DNA of 64,000 nt from Candidatus Omnitrophota bacterium. GTDB taxonomy: Bacteria; Omnitrophota; Gorgyraeia; 2-01-FULL-45-10. The stretch covers positions 128,998 to 192,997 of the forward strand of contig JAUYOL010000043.1 of the NCBI GenBank assembly GCA_030695905.1, given 5' to 3'. A program made the position numbers and the translations under genes. Shown here piece by piece: positions 59,284-64,000 of the stretch. Below the pieces are notes generated by a model. It was not told where the DNA came from. It was given only the letters and a program-made list of their open reading frames with translations, and ran no database searches. How positions within the stretch are numbered: the stretch's first letter is position 1; every line of letters starts with the position of its first letter.

Positions 59284-59864
59284 TTTTCCAAGAACTCTTC
59301 TTTTAACTTCGGCAGCTGCTCCTCCATCGGCTGCAGGATATTGTGGATACTGCCGATAAAATCCATATCCTTTATATATCTCATATTTATGTAGACGTTG
59401 TACTTCGCGGCAAAGAACGCGCCCTCCAGAAATATAACCGCTATCGCCGTATCCGTTATTAAATTTTTATTGCCGCATTCGATCAATCCATCGCATAATT
59501 TTAAACATTCCGCGGATATTCTGCATATATCGCAGGGAGGTTTTATGGCTTCTTTGTAGGCCATCTCCAGTTTCGAAGCGTCCTTAGTCTCCTTCATGAT
59601 CTTCGACAATTTACTATAAGCTTCTACATCCATATCGATAAGGGCTTCGAGTTCTTTGCGCGCTTCAAGCGTCCTATTTAATATTTTCTTCGCATTCTCT
59701 TCGCCGGATTTATATTTCGGATTGCCTATAGTGTAATTTGCGACCATAGACATCAGCGCTACCCCTGCAGCCGCAGTAAGCGCGGCCGCGCTTCCGCCGC
59801 CAGGTGCCGGTTTTCGGGCAGCAAGATCACTTAAATAGGCTTCTACAGATCCTTTAATGTACAT
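59262..59864 (-). CDS. fchA: Methenyl-THF cyclohydrolase / formiminotransferase-cyclodeaminase-like protein (FchA family). Likely start at the internal Met (MYIKGS)
   Basis: PAPGGGSAAALTAA motif of the FTCD_C cyclodeaminase/cyclohydrolase domain. Confidence 0.7.
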   Translation of the reverse strand: MYIKGSVEAYLSDLAARKPAPGGGSAAALTAAAGVALMSMVANYTIGNPKYKSGEENAKKILNRTLEARKELEALIDMDVEAYSKLSKIMKETKDASKLEMAYKEAIKPPCDICRISAECLKLCDGLIECGNKNLITDTAIAVIFLEGAFFAAKYNVYINMRYIKDMDFIGSIHNILQPMEEQLPKLKEEFLEKCEEVIR

Positions 59865-61522
59865 ATCTTCGACCTCCCTTTGGCGTCGACATCCATGCAC
59901 TCGCCCACCGGATGAGACGGCAGGCTCGGCATGGTAAGAATATTACCGCACAGCGCATATAAAAATCCCGCCCCGGCTGATGGGCGCACCTCGCGTATAG
60001 GCAATACAAAATCTTTCGGAGCGCCTTTAAGTTCCGGGTCATGCGACAAGGATAATGGCGTCTTTGCCATGCATATGGGCAATTTTGCCAAACCCAGTTT
60101 TTCAAAAATCTCTATATTTGCCTGGGCATGCGGCTCGAAATTCACATCTTTTGCGCCGTAAATTTTAGTGGCAATAATACGCATCTTCTCTTTTATGGAT
60201 ACACCGGACGGATACAGGCGCCTGAAATTACTCTTTACGGAAGCGGCCTTTACCACCGCCCTCGCGAGATCCTTACCGCCTGCCGAGCCTTTTTTATAAA
60301 CTTCGCTTGCCACGCAGTCAAACGCGCCGGAGCTTAAAGCTATCTTTTTAACCAAATCTATCTCTTTGTCGGTGTCTGTGGCAAATCTGTTGACGGCGAC
60401 AACGCAAGGCACGCCGTAAATGAGCACATTCTCTATCTGTTTTTTTAGGTTCTCGCAACCTGATTCAACTGCCTTTAAATCTTCTTTTTCGATCTCTTTG
60501 CCCAGCGCCTTACCCACGGTCATTTTGAACATTCCGGAATGTACTTTAAGCGCTCTTATCGAACATACCAGGACTGCGGCATCGGGCTTGAGTCCACTCT
60601 GGGCGCACTTTATATTAACAAATTTCTCCATCCCGCAGTCCGCTCCGAATCCGGATTCCGTAACCACAAAATCCGCCAATTTCAGCCCGACACGGTCGGC
60701 CAGAATGGAGCTGCTCCCATGCGTTATATTCGCGAATGGCCCTGTATGTATAATGCACGGCGTATTCTCGCCTGTCTGCACAAGGTTTGGCTTTATAGCG
60801 TCCTTTAATAACAGCGCCATGGCTCCCGCGACATGGATATCTTCGCACGTAACGGCCTTGCCTTCTTTGGTAAGGGCAAGGACTATCCTTGAAAGACGCC
60901 TCCTTAAATCCGGTATAGACTCGCATAATGCAAGGATAGCCATTATTTCGCTTGCCGCTGTTATGCAAAATCCGGTCTTCCTTTCGACGCCATGCTCACC
61001 GCCGCCTAAGGCTATCATGACGTTACGCAGCGCCCTGTCATTTACATCGACTACCCTGCGCCAGTATATCCTATCCGTATCTATGCCTAATCCATTGCCT
61101 CTATATAGATGATTGTCTATAAATGACGCACAAAGGTTATGAGCCTGGCTTACCGCGTGTATATCGCCTGTTAAGTGCAGATTGATATCGTCTTCCGGCA
61201 GTACCATAGCCTTACCACCGCCAACTCCTCCGCCTTTAACACCGAAGAACGGCCCGATAGAGGGCTGTCTTATGCAGGCAACCGTTTTCTTGCCGAGCTT
61301 ATTCAGGGCCATCGATAGGCCTATCGTAGTAACGGTCTTTCCCTCACCCAAATGCGTCGGGGTGATGCCCGTTACAACGATATATTTGCCCTTTGACCGT
61401 AAATTCTTTTTAGACTTGAGGATGTCCAGGGATATCTTGGCCTTATGGTAACCATATGGCTCCAGATATCTGTTTGATATACCGAGCTTTGTGGCAATTG
61501 AATTGATTGGCTTTAGCGTCAT
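59843..61522 (-). CDS. fhs: Formate--tetrahydrofolate ligase
   Basis: 559 aa with the canonical FTHFS sequence (TPTHLGEGKTVTTIGL). Confidence 0.95.
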   Translation of the reverse strand: MTLKPINSIATKLGISNRYLEPYGYHKAKISLDILKSKKNLRSKGKYIVVTGITPTHLGEGKTVTTIGLSMALNKLGKKTVACIRQPSIGPFFGVKGGGVGGGKAMVLPEDDINLHLTGDIHAVSQAHNLCASFIDNHLYRGNGLGIDTDRIYWRRVVDVNDRALRNVMIALGGGEHGVERKTGFCITAASEIMAILALCESIPDLRRRLSRIVLALTKEGKAVTCEDIHVAGAMALLLKDAIKPNLVQTGENTPCIIHTGPFANITHGSSSILADRVGLKLADFVVTESGFGADCGMEKFVNIKCAQSGLKPDAAVLVCSIRALKVHSGMFKMTVGKALGKEIEKEDLKAVESGCENLKKQIENVLIYGVPCVVAVNRFATDTDKEIDLVKKIALSSGAFDCVASEVYKKGSAGGKDLARAVVKAASVKSNFRRLYPSGVSIKEKMRIIATKIYGAKDVNFEPHAQANIEIFEKLGLAKLPICMAKTPLSLSHDPELKGAPKDFVLPIREVRPSAGAGFLYALCGNILTMPSLPSHPVGECMDVDAKGRSKICTLKDL

Positions 61523-61548
61523 TATATTAAAATAATTATGAGATAATC

Positions 61549-61577
61549 ATTCTAATATAAGTGGGCGGGCAGGTCAA
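61549..61577 (-). promoter_or_regulatory. Sigma70 promoter of the Wood-Ljungdahl operon (upstream of fhs)
   Basis: Minus strand has TTGACC, a 17-nt spacer, then TAGAAT, about 25 nt 5' of the fhs ATG. Confidence 0.55.
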
Positions 61578-61587
61578 TAGAATTTAC

Positions 61588-62358
61588 CTATTTTTCAGCA
61601 CAGGCTGCAGAAATAAGGTAAAGGCCTTTTAATGTCAGATCTTCGTCCGCCATCTGTATGGATTTAGCGTATTTTTTGATGAGTTTGGAGTTTCCGCCTG
61701 TGGCTATAATTTTCGCATCTTTACCCAGGATCTTCCTGTATTTGGCCGCCAAACCGTCGATCATAGCGCCAAAACCGAATAAGATGCCGCCTCTCATGCT
61801 ATTTACAGTATCCTTGCCTATGATAGATGGGGCATCTTTTAACTCTACTTTTGGCAACAACGCCGTTCTTCTGTAAAGACTTGATAACGATAATTCTATT
61901 CCCGGCAATATAAGCCCGCCCAGATAATCGCCCTTTTTTGAGATTATATCGAAGGTTATAGCGGTCCCCGAATCAACCACTACTGCGGGAGCGCCGTAAA
62001 GCATCTTGGCCGCATAAGCATTCACAAGCCTATCCTGCCCCACCTCTTTCTTTATCCTGTATAAATTTTTTATCGGGACTATCTTGTCTTTGCCTAAAAC
62101 GGTTATCTTTATATCAGATGATAGCTTACGGAGTTCCACTATAAACCGCGCTAATGACAAAGGAACGACGCTCGATATTACCGCCTCGCTCACATCGCCT
62201 ATTTCGAAATGCGCCCGCGCTATAAGAGCTTTTATGCTACGGGCGTATAAGGAATATGAATTGGTCGGAATCTTCGTCTTCCTGGACAGCTTATTGCCTT
62301 TAAATAATCCAACTGTTATATTTGTATTTCCTATATCTACCGCTAATATATTTTTCAT
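61588..62358 (-). CDS. coaX: Type III pantothenate kinase
   Basis: ILAVDIGNTNITVGL N-terminus of the ASKHA fold. Confidence 0.9.
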   Translation of the reverse strand: MKNILAVDIGNTNITVGLFKGNKLSRKTKIPTNSYSLYARSIKALIARAHFEIGDVSEAVISSVVPLSLARFIVELRKLSSDIKITVLGKDKIVPIKNLYRIKKEVGQDRLVNAYAAKMLYGAPAVVVDSGTAITFDIISKKGDYLGGLILPGIELSLSSLYRRTALLPKVELKDAPSIIGKDTVNSMRGGILFGFGAMIDGLAAKYRKILGKDAKIIATGGNSKLIKKYAKSIQMADEDLTLKGLYLISAACAEK

Positions 62359-63332
62359 CTCGCTATCACCACGTCTCCAGAGGAAACTTTTTCCAGCACT
62401 CCTGAATCCAGCCGCACAACAAGCGCTCCGTCCGGATCTATATCATGAGCCAGCCCTTCGAATGTCCTGCCTGGCAGGCTTATCTTTACCCTCGATCCAA
62501 GCATGTCGGATAGATTCTTCCACGCTTCTACTATAGGCTCAAATCCTTTGCTGGCCAATAAATTATAACATCCTTCAAGTCTTTCCAGGATATTTTTTGT
62601 CAGTTCAACTCTTGATACCGCGCCTTTTATGCTGCGCCTGACAAGCCCTTCTTTTAATGAGGTGCCGGTTTTGGGCAACTGCTTAGATGGCGTATTCACG
62701 TTAATTCCTATGCCTAAAATAACAAAATCTACACAGTCTTGCTGGGCTTTCATCTCCGTTAAGATACCGCATATCTTCTTACCGTCTAACATTATATCGT
62801 TGGGCCACTTTATAGAAACATCAAGCGATGTAACTTCTCTGATCGCCCTAGTCACCGCCACTGCCGCCAGAAGAGTTATTCTCGGTATTTCATTCGGGGC
62901 TATCCTGGGTTTCAATATGCATGACATGTACACACCACCCTTCGGCGGAGAAGCCCAGCGCCTTCCGTGCCTGCCTTTACCTTTGGACTGTTCTTCCGCG
63001 AGAATTATCGTGCCCTCCTTTATTCCTTTTTCCGCCAATTGATAGGCTAAATCATTTGTTGAATCGACTTTTTTATACGATATTATCTCTTTGCCGAAAA
63101 CTTTTGTTTTCAGTTTCCATTTTATCTCGGAAGATATGAGCGCGTCGGGTACTGTTATAAGTTTATAGCCCAGATGAGGCACGGCTTCTATTTCATAACC
63201 TGCCTTGCGCAAGTCCTCTATGTGTTTCCATATAGCCGCCCTGGAGATGCCGGCATACTTACACAGCTCTTCGCCGGAAACATAGGAATCCCTGCTATGG
63301 CGCAGTACGTTTAATATCTTCTCGTCCAACAT
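62355..63332 (-). CDS. birA: Bifunctional biotin--[acetyl-CoA-carboxylase] ligase / biotin operon repressor
   Basis: N-terminal wHTH plus a BPL catalytic domain (GRGRHGRRW). Confidence 0.9.
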   Translation of the reverse strand: MLDEKILNVLRHSRDSYVSGEELCKYAGISRAAIWKHIEDLRKAGYEIEAVPHLGYKLITVPDALISSEIKWKLKTKVFGKEIISYKKVDSTNDLAYQLAEKGIKEGTIILAEEQSKGKGRHGRRWASPPKGGVYMSCILKPRIAPNEIPRITLLAAVAVTRAIREVTSLDVSIKWPNDIMLDGKKICGILTEMKAQQDCVDFVILGIGINVNTPSKQLPKTGTSLKEGLVRRSIKGAVSRVELTKNILERLEGCYNLLASKGFEPIVEAWKNLSDMLGSRVKISLPGRTFEGLAHDIDPDGALVVRLDSGVLEKVSSGDVVIAR

Positions 63333-64000
63333 TCTCTTTTAACTCCTTTATCTGGTCGCGAAGGATGGCGGCGCGTTCAAACTGCAGATTCCTTGCCGCG
63401 ACTTCCATATCGTGCTGTAATTCTCCGATCAATGACGTAACATCATACTCGTCGTCATTCTCCTCGACGACACTCTCAATAACTTCACGCGCTTTCTTAT
63501 ATGACTCGATGCCCTCCCTGACAGCCTTCTCTATCGAGCGCGGAGTTATATTATTTTTCTTATTAAATTCGATCTGTATCTCCCGGCGGCGGCTGGTCTC
63601 ATCCATGGCTCTCTTCATGGATTTTGTAACGGTGTCCGCGTACATCAGCACTTCGCCGTTTATATGGCGTGCCGCGCGGCCCGCCACCTGTATAAGGCTT
63701 GTGCCGGAACGCAAGAATCCTTCTTTATCAGCGTCGAGTATCGCCACCAGTGAAACTTCCGGCAGATCCAGCCCTTCTCTTAATAAATTTATTCCAACGA
63801 GACAATCGAACTTTCCTAACCTAAGGTCTCTTAGTATCTCTACCCTTTCTATAGCGTCGATTTCAGAGTGCAGATATTTCACTCTCAAGCCCATATCTTT
63901 TAAATAGCGCGCCAGGTCCTCTGAGAGCCGCTTTGTAAGAGTGGTGACCAGAATTCGTTCTTTTTTCTCGGCGCGCTTTTTTATCTCACCGACAAGATCG
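63295..64000 (-). CDS. uvrB: Excinuclease ABC subunit B, C-terminal part (gene continues beyond window end)
   Basis: Helicase C-terminal motifs and the UVR domain ([12 protein letters not shown]). The frame stays open to the window edge. Confidence 0.85.
   Translation of the reverse strand, partial: DLVGEIKKRAEKKERILVTTLTKRLSEDLARYLKDMGLRVKYLHSEIDAIERVEILRDLRLGKFDCLVGINLLREGLDLPEVSLVAILDADKEGFLRSGTSLIQVAGRAARHINGEVLMYADTVTKSMKRAMDETSRRREIQIEFNKKNNITPRSIEKAVREGIESYKKAREVIESVVEENDDEYDVTSLIGELQHDMEVAARNLQFERAAILRDQIKELKENVGREDIKRTAP

Overview
This 64 kb chromosomal segment comes from an anaerobic bacterium that carries a complete Wood-Ljungdahl (reductive acetyl-CoA) pathway, possibly an uncultivated lineage. 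Every protein-coding gene is on the minus strand; the only plus-strand feature is one tRNA-Gly. Layout, left to right:

- **1-14.5 kb:** a long anaerobic cobalamin biosynthesis, nucleotide-loop assembly and cobalt-uptake operon (cbiE' partial, then cbiD-cbiO-cbiQ-cbiMN-cbiC-cbiX-cbiA-cbiB-cobQ-cobD-cobS-cobT-cobU-cobC).
- **14.6-15.0 kb:** a sigma70 promoter, a cobalamin riboswitch and its terminator, which transcribe this operon.
- **15-27.5 kb:** housekeeping genes (recO, dgkA-PAP2 fusion, ybeY, aspS, hisS, hup, dnaE, an IMPDH-family gene), then groESL with a CIRCE operator.
- **27.6-29.0 kb:** a tRNA cluster (Gly, Tyr, Thr) that encloses a roughly 1 kb AT-rich islet.
- **29-41.5 kb:** more housekeeping (nnr, acpS, pdxJ, cdaA, folP, ftsH, tilS, tRNA-CAU, larE-like, eda, arfB, mnmA).
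- **41.9-61.5 kb:** a roughly 19.6 kb Wood-Ljungdahl operon (fhs-fchA-folD-metF-cooS-cooF-FAD oxidoreductase-acsB-[GT-C membrane glycosyltransferase]-acsC-RACo-cooC-acsD-acsE-panB-panE-acsE'-SemiSWEET-like).
- **61.6-64 kb:** coaX, birA and a partial uvrB.

The most unusual signal is at the head of the cob operon. Directly after the B12 riboswitch terminator, the first two cistrons are a 38-aa Lys-rich peptide gene (missed by the 60-aa ORF track) with a strong RBS, then a radical SAM/SPASM enzyme with a roughly 95-aa N-terminal extension. This looks like a RiPP-type precursor/maturase pair, or a tetrapyrrole-modifying AhbD/NirJ-like enzyme, under B12 control.

Coordinates of features I placed by hand (tRNAs, riboswitch, small ORFs) are approximate, about +/-2 nt. 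My manual counting disagreed with the ORF track by 1 nt in a few places.
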